NCBI GenBank assembly: GCA_017994815.1
Contig: JAGOJY010000008.1
Span: 44,449-108,448 of the forward strand
Source of the DNA: Acidobacteriota bacterium
GTDB lineage: Bacteria; Acidobacteriota; Polarisedimenticolia; J045
Length of the DNA stretch: 64,000 bases
Direction of reading: 5' to 3'
Shown here: in pieces, positions 1 through 8,827 of the stretch
Layout of the letters: the number at the start of each line of letters is the position of its first letter
Position numbering within the stretch: the stretch's first letter is position 1
Notes under the pieces: model-generated
Told to the model about the DNA's origin: nothing
Databases searched by the model: none
Seen by the model: only the letters and a program-made list of their open reading frames with translations
Program-made: the position numbers and the translations under genes

Positions 1-554
1 TCGGCGTGCAGCCGTTCGGCGTAATGCACGAACTCCACGTACGCGGCGACGTAGTCCCGGCCGGCGTCGACGTTGTGCTCGGCGTGCGCCCGCGCCGCGC
101 GCGCGCGGGCGAAGCGCGTGCGCAGCCCGGCGGCGACCTCGTCCGCGATCAGCTTCACCAGTTCGTCGGCGTTGCCCGCGGCGAGCGCCGCGTCGGCGGC
201 GGTCACCGCCGGGCCGGGATCGCTCCCGGCCGGCTTCAGGCCGGTGTAGGGAGCACCTTCGCCGGCGCGGTGCACGCGCACGAGCGTCTCGAAGAAGTAG
301 GTGTCGGCCAGCTCGCGCGCGGCCGGGCCGCCCGAGCGCACGGCCAGCGCGCGCTGGAAGGCGGCCCGGATCTCCGCTTCGCGCTCCGGCGCGATCCACT
401 TCAACACCGGCGCGACCTCGCCCTTTTCGAGGGCCTGCCGGGCCTCGGCCACGACCGGGCCGTCCAGCGTGTCGCAGTGCGCCGCGGCCGGTGTCGCGCA
501 CGCCGCCGCGACGAGGCCGACCGTCACGAGTGCAGACTCCCAGCGAACCCTCAT
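1..554 (-). CDS. DUF6448-like secreted protein (C-terminal end cut by window edge)
   Basis: Hand translation of the minus strand from ATG (552-554) gives MRVRWESALVTVGLVAAACATPAAAHCDTLDGPVVAEARQALEKGEV...YVEFVHYAERLHA, open to position 1. The N-terminus looks like a signal peptide and is followed by HCDTLDGPVV, a motif I associate with DUF6448. The start overlaps the stop of the upstream ORF (ATGA 551-554). It is missing from the ORF track because it runs off the edge. Confidence 0.6.
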   Translation of the reverse strand, partial: MRVRWESALVTVGLVAAACATPAAAHCDTLDGPVVAEARQALEKGEVAPVLKWIAPEREAEIRAAFQRALAVRSGGPAARELADTYFFETLVRVHRAGEGAPYTGLKPAGSDPGPAVTAADAALAAGNADELVKLIADEVAAGLRTRFARARAARAHAEHNVDAGRDYVAAYVEFVHYAERLHA

Positions 555-1096
555 CTCGTCCTCCCGGCTGCCCCGGGTGCGGCGGGCAGCGGCAGCGGTA
601 GGGAAACCGGCTTGGGCCGGTAGAGCACGGCCCCGCAGGGCACCTGGCAGACCCCGCGGACGAAGCAGTCGCGGCACGTGGCGCGGGTGTCCGCGCTGGT
701 CGCGAGCGCCCACGCGGGGTCGCGCTCCGGCGTTTCGTGCAGTCTGCCGTCGATCTCGTGAACGAAGTAGGCGCGCACCAGCCGCGCGGTGGGATCCCAC
801 GCTGCCCCGTCCGCGTGGCCCGCGAGGCACTCGATCCGGCCGCCGCCACCGTGCAGGACGAAGTGCGCCGGGTCGGCGCGGCCCGCGATCTCGCCCCAGA
901 CGTCCGAGAGGTGAAACTCCGCGGGAACCGCGCGCGGTGCCGATGCGGCGACGCGGATCTCCGTGAAGAGGCTGGCCCCGGTGTCGCGCGAGACGACTTC
1001 TGCCGCGGCGAGCTGGGCCCGCAACGCTGCGAAGAACGGGCCGTCGCCGGCGGTGAGCAGCCCGAGCGCGGCGCGTTCCACGTCCGTCAGCGACAA
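551..1096 (-). CDS. hypothetical protein with Cys-rich C-terminus
   Basis: ORF track, 181 aa. TTG start with GGAGG 6 nt upstream, GC3-rich codons, and a stop overlapping the next start. The tail reads CRDCFVRGVCQVPCG. I cannot name a domain. Confidence 0.55.
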   Translation of the reverse strand: MSLTDVERAALGLLTAGDGPFFAALRAQLAAAEVVSRDTGASLFTEIRVAASAPRAVPAEFHLSDVWGEIAGRADPAHFVLHGGGGRIECLAGHADGAAWDPTARLVRAYFVHEIDGRLHETPERDPAWALATSADTRATCRDCFVRGVCQVPCGAVLYRPKPVSLPLPLPAAPGAAGRTR

Positions 1097-1141
1097 GGTG
1101 GACCTCCGGGGGGGATTATCCGCCGCGGTAGCGGATCCGGG

Positions 1142-2092
1142 TCAGGGTTTCGTCGCCTCGCCCGGCGGCAACGGCGCGCTGCCCTGCAGGATCTTCCGGA
1201 TCAGCTGCGCATCGTTGGCCAGCGCCTCGGCCTTCTCCTTGAATCTCGGCCGGAGCGCACCCGCGTCGCTCGTGCTCAGGCGGCGGTTCAGCGCCGCGCT
1301 CTCCTCGAGCGAGCGCACGGCGGCCCACAGGGCGCGCTCGAGCGCCTCGGTCTGCTCGCGCCGCAGCGCGGCCAGCGAAAAGGTGTGACCGACGTGGCAG
1401 CGGAAACTGGGGAAGGTGCCCTGCGCCTCGGTGAGCGGCCCGTTGCAGGCCGGGCAGGTCAGCCCGGACGACGCGCCCGGCGCGTTGCCCTCGAGCCGGC
1501 GAATGGCGACGTCGGGCTCTTTCCCGGTGACCGCCGGCGTCGAGACCAGGTGCACGAGCAGGGGCGGGAGCTCGGCCGGGTGCACGACGTGATCGACCGC
1601 GAGGTTCTCGATGACGCTCGCCGGCATCTCCCTGGCGAACGCGGTGTCGGGATCCTGGACGACCGCCAGTCCGCCGCGCGCCTTGATCGACAGCATGCCG
1701 GCGGTCCCGCAGTCCTGGTAGCCCGAGAGCACGACGCCGACCACGCGCCCGCCGTAGGCCGTCGCGGCCGAGCGGAACAGGGCGTCCACCGCGGGCCGGT
1801 GGCCGTTTTCCCGCGGTCCGCGCACGACCTCCATGTGGCCCGGACGCAGCAGGAGATGGTTGTCCGGCGGGGCGACGTAGACCCGCCCGGGCTCGATCTT
1901 CTCGCCGTGCACCGGGTAGCTCGCGGGCAAGGGCCCGCGGGCGGCGAGGAGGTCCGGGAGCGTGCTGTGCGGCGCGGTGTGCACGGCCACGAACACCGAC
2001 GCCGGCAACTCCGCGGGCAGTTCGCGCACGAGGTCGAGCAGCACCTTGACGCCGCCGGCCGAAGCGCCGATCACCACGATGTCGTGGGTCAT
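1142..2092 (-). CDS. CheB-type protein-glutamate methylesterase catalytic domain without receiver domain, with C-terminal Cys/His ribbon-like tail
   Basis: This is the C-terminal 316 aa of track ORF 1142..3727, starting at MTHDIVVIGASAGGVKVLLDLV. The CheB-like core contains GASAGG and VVLSGYQDCGTAG. The tail reads CPACNGPL...FRCHVGH. The longer track ORF upstream is antisense shadow of the next gene. Confidence 0.8.
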   Translation of the reverse strand: MTHDIVVIGASAGGVKVLLDLVRELPAELPASVFVAVHTAPHSTLPDLLAARGPLPASYPVHGEKIEPGRVYVAPPDNHLLLRPGHMEVVRGPRENGHRPAVDALFRSAATAYGGRVVGVVLSGYQDCGTAGMLSIKARGGLAVVQDPDTAFAREMPASVIENLAVDHVVHPAELPPLLVHLVSTPAVTGKEPDVAIRRLEGNAPGASSGLTCPACNGPLTEAQGTFPSFRCHVGHTFSLAALRREQTEALERALWAAVRSLEESAALNRRLSTSDAGALRPRFKEKAEALANDAQLIRKILQGSAPLPPGEATKP

Positions 2093-2266
2093 CGCCCCAT
2101 GGTGGACCCGTTGAGGGAAAAAGCCACACAGCGCGGCAGGCCCGCCGGAGGTCGCGTCCAGCGTCGTCCCCAATCCCGCCCCGCGCGGCGCGCGTGCTAT
2201 CGTTGCCCGGGGTTCGCCGTCCCGGCAGCGGGCGTCGGTCCTCTGTGGCGATCCTCGGGGTGTTCC

Positions 2267-5200
2267 ATGGCCGCTGTGCGCCGTCGTTCGATGAACCAGC
2301 CCGGCAAGCGGTCCCGCGCCGCGAGCGCGCGGAAGCAGGCCAGCGGCAAGCCGCGGCGGGCGAAATCCCGCGCGCCGGCGACACCGCGACGGTCGGCCGC
2401 AGCGGTCGACGCCGAGCTCGCGACGCAGACCACCCCCGCGTTTCCGGTGGTGGGGCTCGGCGCGTCCGCTGGCGGCCTCGAGGCGCTCGAGAAGTTCCTG
2501 CGCAGCGTCCCGGAAGGGAGCGGGATCGCGTTCGTGGTCGTTCAGCACCTCGACCCGACGCAACGCGGGATGCTGGTCGAGTTGCTGCAGCGCGCGACGG
2601 CGATGCCGGTCGCGCAGGTGGTCAACCAGCAGCGCGTCGAGCCCGACCACGTCTACGTGATCCCGCCCAACAAGGACATCTCGCTGTTGCACGGAAGGCT
2701 GCACCTGCTGCCGCAGGTCTCGCCGCGCGGCTTGAACCTGCCGATCGACTTCTTCTTCCGCTCGCTGGCGGAGGATCAGCAGGAGCACGCGATCGGCGTG
2801 ATCCTGTCCGGCATGGGTTCCGACGGCACGCTGGGGCTGCGGGCGATCAAGGAGAAAGCCGGCGCCTGCTTCGTCCAGTCCCCGGCGACCGCGCAGTTCG
2901 ACGGGATGCCGCGCAGCGCGATCGATGCCGGGTTGGCCGACGTGGTCGCCCCGCCGGAGGAACTGCCGCTGCGGATCCTCGCCTTCCGCAAGCACGCGCC
3001 GCACATGCAGAAACGGCCCGAACAGCTGGAAGAGGCGACGCAGAGCGCGCTGCAGCGGGTGTTCGCGCTCTTGAAGGTGCACACGGGCAACGAGTTCTCG
3101 CAGTACAAGCGGAGCACGGTCCAGCGCCGCATCGAGCGGCGCATGGGCCTGCACCAGATCGACGACCTCGAGCGCTACGTGCGTTATCTCCGCGAGAATC
3201 CGCGGGAGATCGACCTGCTGTTCAAGGAGCTGCTGATCGGGGTGACCAGCTTCTTCCGCGACCCCGCGGCCTGGGAACAACTGAAGAACCAGGTCCTGCC
3301 CGGGCTGCTGGCCGCGCGGGCCCCGGGCGGCCTGCTGCGGGCGTGGGTGCCCGGCTGCTCGACCGGCGAGGAAGCGTACTCCCTGGCGATCGTGTTCAAG
3401 GAGGCGCTCGAGCCGCTCAAGCCGGTGCACAACCTGGCCCTGCAGATCTTCGCCACCGACCTCGACCGGGACGCGATCGAGAAGGCCCGGTCGGGGATCT
3501 ACCCGGGCAACATCGCCGCGGACGTCTCCGCCGATCGCCTGCGGCGGTTTTTCGTGCAGGAAGAGCGCGGGTTCCGCATCAGCAAGGAAATCCGCGAAAT
3601 GGTGGTGTTCGCGCCGCAAAACATCATCATGGACCCCCCGTTCACCAAGCTCGACATCCTCGTCTGCCGCAACCTCCTGATCTACCTGTCGGCGGAGCTG
3701 CAGAAGAAGCTGATCCCGCTGTTCCACTACAGCCTGTACCCGGGCGGCCTGCTGTTCCTGGGCACGGCGGAGACGATCGGCAGCTTCTCCCGGTTGTTCA
3801 CCGCCGTGGACAGCAAGTCGCGCATCTACCAGCGCGTGGAACCCAGCGAACGCGAGGCCGTGGTCGAGTTCCCGTCCCGCGCCTTCGCCGGATCCGACCG
3901 GGCGCCGGATCCGGCGGCCCCGGCCGGCGACGCGCAGCCCCCGTCGAACCTGCAGGCCCTCGCCGACAGGGTCCTGGTCCAGCGCTTTTCACCGGCCGCG
4001 GTGCTCTGCAACGACAAGGGCGACATCCTGTACATCAGCGGCCGGACCGGTGAGTACCTCGAGCCGGCGGTCGGCAAGGCCAACCTGAACATCCTGGCGA
4101 TGGCCCGCGAGGGTTTGCGCCACGAGCTCGCGCGGGCGTTCGCCAGCGCGGTCCGGCACGACCGGCAGGTCGCGGTCCGCGGTTTGCGGGTGCGGACCAA
4201 CGGTGGAACGCGGCCGGTCGATCTCACCGTGATGAAGCTGGTCGAGCCGAAGGAGTTGCGCGGCAGGGTGCTCGTCGTGATCGCCGACGCCGCGGCAGCG
4301 GGCGAGGAGCCGCCGGCGGCACCCCGCGCGCGGCAAGGCCGAATCGGCGGTGATCCGCGCGTCGCGCGGCTCGAGGGCGAGGTCCAGCGCGCGAAGGACG
4401 AGGCGCAGACCACCCGCGAGGAGATGCAGACCTCGCAGGAAGAGCTGAAGTCCACCAACGAGGAACTGCAGAGCACCAACGAAGAGCTGCAGAGCACCAA
4501 CGAAGAGCTGACCACCTCCAAGGAGGAAATGCAGTCGTTGAACGAGGAGCTGCAGACGGTCAACCACGAGCTGCAGGCCAAGGTCGACGAGCTCTCGCGC
4601 TCCAACAACGACATGAAGAACCTCCTCAACAGCACCGATATCGCGACGCTGTTCCTCGATGGCGAACTGCGCGTGCGGCGGTTCACCACCCCGACGGCCA
4701 AGATCATCAACCTGATCCCGGGCGATGCCGGGCGTCGGGTGACCGACATCACGTCCGAGCTGGACTACCCGGGCCTGTCCGACGACGCGCGCGAGGTGCT
4801 GCGGACCCTGACGTTCAGCGAGAAGCAGGTCGCGGCACGTGACGGGCGCTGGTTCACGGTGCGCATCATGCCGTACCGGACGCTGGAAAACGTGATCGAC
4901 GGGGTGGTCATCACGTTCACCGACACGACCGTCGTGAAGCTGCTCCGGAACGACCTCGAGCGCAGCCTGGCGCTGTTGACCGCGGCGCTCGAGCGTGGCG
5001 AGCCGTACCTGGCAGTGGATGGCAGGCTGACCGTCACCACCGCCAGTCCTGCCGCGCAGGCGATTCTCGGCAACCGGCAGATCGTCGGGCGCAAGCTGGG
5101 CGAAGTCCTGCCGGTCCCGCGCGACCTGCGCTTGGAGCAGGAGCTGAAGGACGCGCTGCGCCGGCCGGCGCCGGCCAGTTTCGAGCGGCGGGTGCAGCTC

Positions 5201-5335
5201 GACGGCGGCGTCGAGTTGCGCCTGGTCCACGTTCATCCCCAGCCCGACATCGAGAGCACGTTTGTCCTCGTGACCCGGTGCGACGCGCGCGACGAGCGCG
5301 GCGTGACGGCGCCGGATCCAGGCAGGTCGGAATGA
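2267..5335 (+). CDS. CheB-CheR fusion protein with coiled coil and PAS domains (K13924-type)
   Basis: In-frame part of track ORF 737..5335, starting at MAAVRRRSMNQPG. CheB-like region: GLGASAGGLEALEKF, ILSGMGSDGT. CheR-like region: FFRDPAAWEQL, WVPGCSTGEEAYSLAI, VCRNLLIYL. Then a heptad segment EELQSTNEEL, followed by PAS-like segments. Confidence 0.85.
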   Translation: MAAVRRRSMNQPGKRSRAASARKQASGKPRRAKSRAPATPRRSAAAVDAELATQTTPAFPVVGLGASAGGLEALEKFLRSVPEGSGIAFVVVQHLDPTQRGMLVELLQRATAMPVAQVVNQQRVEPDHVYVIPPNKDISLLHGRLHLLPQVSPRGLNLPIDFFFRSLAEDQQEHAIGVILSGMGSDGTLGLRAIKEKAGACFVQSPATAQFDGMPRSAIDAGLADVVAPPEELPLRILAFRKHAPHMQKRPEQLEEATQSALQRVFALLKVHTGNEFSQYKRSTVQRRIERRMGLHQIDDLERYVRYLRENPREIDLLFKELLIGVTSFFRDPAAWEQLKNQVLPGLLAARAPGGLLRAWVPGCSTGEEAYSLAIVFKEALEPLKPVHNLALQIFATDLDRDAIEKARSGIYPGNIAADVSADRLRRFFVQEERGFRISKEIREMVVFAPQNIIMDPPFTKLDILVCRNLLIYLSAELQKKLIPLFHYSLYPGGLLFLGTAETIGSFSRLFTAVDSKSRIYQRVEPSEREAVVEFPSRAFAGSDRAPDPAAPAGDAQPPSNLQALADRVLVQRFSPAAVLCNDKGDILYISGRTGEYLEPAVGKANLNILAMAREGLRHELARAFASAVRHDRQVAVRGLRVRTNGGTRPVDLTVMKLVEPKELRGRVLVVIADAAAAGEEPPAAPRARQGRIGGDPRVARLEGEVQRAKDEAQTTREEMQTSQEELKSTNEELQSTNEELQSTNEELTTSKEEMQSLNEELQTVNHELQAKVDELSRSNNDMKNLLNSTDIATLFLDGELRVRRFTTPTAKIINLIPGDAGRRVTDITSELDYPGLSDDAREVLRTLTFSEKQVAARDGRWFTVRIMPYRTLENVIDGVVITFTDTTVVKLLRNDLERSLALLTAALERGEPYLAVDGRLTVTTASPAAQAILGNRQIVGRKLGEVLPVPRDLRLEQELKDALRRPAPASFERRVQLDGGVELRLVHVHPQPDIESTFVLVTRCDARDERGVTAPDPGRSE
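4451..4513 (+). repeat. three in-frame 21-nt tandem units encoding (S/T)TNEELQ
   Basis: The units are tccaccaacgaggaactgcag, agcaccaacgaagagctgcag and agcaccaacgaagagctgacc. They lie in the coiled-coil linker of the CheB-CheR protein. Confidence 0.9.
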
Positions 5336-6588
5336 GCACGCATCGCACGGGCGACGATGGGGGCAGTCTGCGCCGCAGGGCCGAGCGGCGCCTGCGGGCG
5401 CGGGTGGCCGAGCGGGACGCCGAGGAGGTGGACCGGGCGCGGCTCCTGCACGAGCTGCAGGTGCACCAGATCGAACTGGAACTGCAGAACGAGGAGCTGC
5501 GCTCGGCGCGCATGGACACCGAGGCGGCGCTGGCGCGCTACACGGAGATCTTCGATTTCGCACCGCTGGCCTACGCCGCGCTCGGCGCGGACGGGACGAT
5601 CCGCGAGGTCAACTTCGCGGCGGCGCGTTTGCTCGGCCGGGACAGGTCGGCGCTCGTCGGCCGGCGGCTGGCGCAGTTCGTCAAGCCGACCGACCAGCCG
5701 GTGCTGCAAGCCACGCTGGACGCGGCGGCGGACGACGGGGGGAACCAGAACGCCGAGATCGAATTGTCCATCGACGGCTGCTCGGTCCACGTCCGGCTGA
5801 CGACGGCGGTGGTCGGCCGGTCGTCGCCGGTCGTGCTTTTGGCGCTGGAGGACGTGACGCACCGCAAGCAGGCCGAGCAGGAGTTGCTGCGCACGGTGCA
5901 GAACCTGGCGCGCCTCAACCGCGAGTTGGAGCAGTTCGCCTACATCGCGAGCCACGACCTGCAGGAGCCGATCCGCAACATCAGCGCCTTCCTGCAGCGG
6001 CTCGTCATGCGCTGCGGCGACCAGCTCGACGCGCAGGCGCGCGAGTACGTCGGCTTCGCGATCCAGGGCGCGAAGCGGATGTCGGAACTCGTGTCGAGCC
6101 TGTTGGAGTACTCGCGCGTTCAGCGGCAGGAGGTGCGCCGCGACGCCGTCAGCCTGGACGAGGTCGTCCGGGCGGCGTTGGGCAACCTCGAGCAGAGCGT
6201 CGCGGATCGGGGCGCCCGGGTCGGCTGGGACGCCTTGCCGGTGGTGCGGGGCGACTTCACGCAACTCGTCCAGGTGCTGCAGAACCTGATCGCCAACGGC
6301 CTCAAGTTCCAGTCGGCGGGCCGCGCGCCGGAGATCCGGGTCGAAGCCGTCGCCCGCGGCGACGACTGGGTCGTCTCGGTGGACGACAACGGCATCGGCG
6401 TGCCGCCCGACCAGGCCGAGCGGATCTTCCAGGTCTTCCAGCGCCTGCACACGCAGGAGGAGTACCCCGGCACGGGGATCGGCCTGTCGATCTGCCGCAA
6501 GATCGTCGAGCGTCACGGCGGCCGGGTCTGGGTCGAGCCGCGCGCCGGAGGCGGGTCGAGCTTCCGCTTCACGCTCCCCGTGCCCTGA
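5332..6588 (+). CDS. PAS sensor histidine kinase (HisKA + HATPase_c)
   Basis: Track ORF 5278..6588, with the start taken at MSTHRTG. Its ATG overlaps the upstream stop (ATGA 5332-5335). H-box FAYIASHDLQEP, N-box NLIANGLKF, G-boxes DNGIGV and GTGIGLSICRKIV. Confidence 0.85.
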   Translation: MSTHRTGDDGGSLRRRAERRLRARVAERDAEEVDRARLLHELQVHQIELELQNEELRSARMDTEAALARYTEIFDFAPLAYAALGADGTIREVNFAAARLLGRDRSALVGRRLAQFVKPTDQPVLQATLDAAADDGGNQNAEIELSIDGCSVHVRLTTAVVGRSSPVVLLALEDVTHRKQAEQELLRTVQNLARLNRELEQFAYIASHDLQEPIRNISAFLQRLVMRCGDQLDAQAREYVGFAIQGAKRMSELVSSLLEYSRVQRQEVRRDAVSLDEVVRAALGNLEQSVADRGARVGWDALPVVRGDFTQLVQVLQNLIANGLKFQSAGRAPEIRVEAVARGDDWVVSVDDNGIGVPPDQAERIFQVFQRLHTQEEYPGTGIGLSICRKIVERHGGRVWVEPRAGGGSSFRFTLPVP

Positions 6589-6655
6589 GCGCCGCAGCCC
6601 CGCTTGTGCCGGCTCTCCCGGCGCGGATAGAGTCGCGGCCCGGGAGGACCGAGGT

Positions 6656-8785
6656 ATGCGACGTGGATCGGCGTTCGTGCTCGCGGCGCTGTGCCTTCTG
6701 GCGGGGGCCGCGCGGCCGGCGGGCGACGCCTTGGACGAGGCGCTGGCGCTGGTCGGCATGCGGCGCGCCGACCTGGGCTGGGAAGCCAAGGGCTGGTGGC
6801 CGCGGTTCCCGGACGTGCCATTCAAGCTGCGCGCGTTCGACTCGCTGTTTTCCGAGCCGCTGGACAACATCGCGTACGTGCGGGCACTGGCGGCGACGGC
6901 GCGGCACGACCTCGACCCGGCGCAGCTCGACGTGCGCGAGGGGAACAACGGCCCGCCGCTGTTCCAGGCGGTCCAGCGGCTCGGCGTCGATCCCAAGTTC
7001 GGCGGGTTCCGCGGCTACACCGCGAACACGCTCGCGCCCGACACGCCGCTGGACGAGGCGATCCTGAAGCTGACCGAACTGGAGCACCGGCCCAACGTGA
7101 TCAACACCTTCGGGATGGAGCTGCCGTACCCGCGGCCGCGCCAGGCCCTCGCGGACGAAGCGAAGAAGCTGCCGCCCGGTGTGTCGCCGATCCTGGGCCG
7201 GCTCGTGCTCAACGTGGCCGACGCGCACCGCTGGGCCGAGCTGGCGTTCCGCAAGGTGGACGGGCGGGACCGCGCGGCCGTGGCGACGCGCCTCAACATC
7301 GGCGACGAGATGATCGACGCTTGGGACTACCTGCCGGCGATCGACGATGTCGCGCGCACGCTGGACGAGGCCAGCCTGTGGTACGCGGGGCAGAAGTGCG
7401 TGCAGGCGCTGGACGAGGCCCGCACCGCCCTGCAGAAGCTGCAGCTCGGCGCCGTCGCGCCGTTCGCGTTCGACTGGCAGTCGCCCTTGGGCTGGATCCG
7501 CGTGCGCGGCGGCGGGAACGACGCGGTGGACGGCGAGGGCGCGCTCTTGATCGTGGACCTCGGCGGCGAGGACACGTACCGGGGCGGCGTGGCGGCCTCG
7601 ACCGCGACGCGGCCGATCGGGCTGCTGCTCGACCTGGCCGGCAACGACAGCTACGTCGCCGAGGTTCCGGCGCAGGGAGCGGGAATGGCCGGGGTCGGAA
7701 TCCTGCTCGACGTCGCGGGGAACGACACTTACAAGGCCAACCGCTACGCGCAGGGCGTCGGGCAGTTCGGCATGGGCGTTTTGGCCGACCTCGGCGGCGA
7801 CGACGTCTACTTCGACCGCTTCAGCGGGCAGGGCTGCGGGTACTTCGGCATCGGGCTGCTGCTCGACCTCGCCGGCACCGACGCCTACACGCTGCACGGC
7901 GACGGCCAGGGACTCGGCGGCGTGGCCGGCGTGGGCGTGCTGGCCGACCGCTCGGGGAACGACCGCTACACGGCGGTGCGCGAGCACTCGGTGACCGGCC
8001 GCCCCTCGTACCACTCGCCGGAGCTCGACGTGGCCGTGTCGAACGCGCAGGGCGTCGGCGCGGGCCGGCGCGGCGACGGCGCCGACGGCCACTCCTGGGC
8101 CGGCGGGCTCGGCGCGCTGCTCGACGGCGCGGGCGACGACGTCTACACCGCCGGGAACTGGTCGATGGGCACGGGTTACTGGTTCGGGATCGGCGTCCTG
8201 CACGACGGGGCGGGGAACGACGAGTACCACGGCGTGACCTGGAGCCAGGGCACCGGGGCGCACTTCTGCATCGGCACCCTGGTGGACGAGGGCGGGAACG
8301 ACAAGCACCTGGCCGAGGCCAACTCGACGCTCAGCCTGGCCTGGGCCCACGACTTCACCGTCGGCATCCTCGCCGACATGGGCGGCGACGACGAGTACAG
8401 CGTGAACTCGAACGGGCTCGGCGGCTCGATCAACCGCAGCGTGGCGCTCCTGATCGAGGGCGGGGGGAACGATGTGTACCGCACCAAGGACATCCCGCGG
8501 CCCGGGTTCGCCAAGAACGACGAGAAGTTCCGCGCCCGCGACGGAGTCTCCACGTACTTCGCCGACACCAGCTCGATCGGGCTGTTCCTCGACGCTGGCG
8601 GGCGCGACACCTACTGGGGCGACATCCGGAACAACAGCCGCCTGCTCGATCCCAAGGACTCGCCGAACTGGGCCGACCGCAACTTCAGCGTGTTCGTGGA
8701 CCGCGAGGGCGGCCGCATCGACCTGACCCCGCTCCCCGTGCGCCTCCCGTCTTTGTCGGGGCCGGCGCAGCCGGCCCGTCCATGA
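6656..8785 (+). CDS. secreted repeat protein, predicted beta-solenoid (12 repeats of about 26 aa of type LxDxxGNDxY...QGxG)
   Basis: Track ORF, 709 aa. Signal peptide MRRGSAFVLAALCLLAGAARPAG. From about residue 300 there are repeats such as LLLDLAGNDSYVAEVPAQGAGMAGVG, ILLDVAGNDTYKANRYAQGVGQFGMG and VLADLGGDDVYFDRFSGQGCGYFGIG. Confidence 0.75.
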   Translation: MRRGSAFVLAALCLLAGAARPAGDALDEALALVGMRRADLGWEAKGWWPRFPDVPFKLRAFDSLFSEPLDNIAYVRALAATARHDLDPAQLDVREGNNGPPLFQAVQRLGVDPKFGGFRGYTANTLAPDTPLDEAILKLTELEHRPNVINTFGMELPYPRPRQALADEAKKLPPGVSPILGRLVLNVADAHRWAELAFRKVDGRDRAAVATRLNIGDEMIDAWDYLPAIDDVARTLDEASLWYAGQKCVQALDEARTALQKLQLGAVAPFAFDWQSPLGWIRVRGGGNDAVDGEGALLIVDLGGEDTYRGGVAASTATRPIGLLLDLAGNDSYVAEVPAQGAGMAGVGILLDVAGNDTYKANRYAQGVGQFGMGVLADLGGDDVYFDRFSGQGCGYFGIGLLLDLAGTDAYTLHGDGQGLGGVAGVGVLADRSGNDRYTAVREHSVTGRPSYHSPELDVAVSNAQGVGAGRRGDGADGHSWAGGLGALLDGAGDDVYTAGNWSMGTGYWFGIGVLHDGAGNDEYHGVTWSQGTGAHFCIGTLVDEGGNDKHLAEANSTLSLAWAHDFTVGILADMGGDDEYSVNSNGLGGSINRSVALLIEGGGNDVYRTKDIPRPGFAKNDEKFRARDGVSTYFADTSSIGLFLDAGGRDTYWGDIRNNSRLLDPKDSPNWADRNFSVFVDREGGRIDLTPLPVRLPSLSGPAQPARP

Positions 8786-8827
8786 CGGCGCGACGTCACG
8801 CGGCGGGCCACGGGGGGCCCGGTGGGC

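Noticed and set aside
737-2266. N-terminal 510 codons of the 1532-aa track ORF 737..5335, together with the overlapping ORFs 963..1388, 1116..2384 and 2194..4053.
   Set aside because: This stretch is antisense to, or out of frame with, the clearly homologous CheB-like gene (1142-2092). Its translation is Arg/Gly/Ala-rich low-complexity text typical of shadow ORFs in GC-rich DNA. Recognisable CheB-CheR sequence begins only at the ATG at 2267.
4451-4513. The (S/T)TNEELQ x3 tandem repeat considered as a novel or phase-variable element.
   Set aside because: The NEELQSTNEEL heptad segment is a conserved hallmark of the CheB-CheR fusion family linker. The units are in frame and imperfect at the DNA level.
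6569-8350. Long alternative-frame or antisense ORFs throughout the window. Examples: 6569..8350, 6691..9042, 10178..11968, 10210..12309, 21052..22272, 22068..24473, 24475..25665, 29049..30470, 32065..34167, 37054..40065, 44063..46816, 52731..55778, 52991..56245, 56942..60043, 60767..63922.
   Set aside because: Each overlaps a gene with strong family motifs in another frame or strand. Their translations are dominated by R, A, G and P runs. This is the expected artefact of stop-codon-poor, GC-rich sequence.
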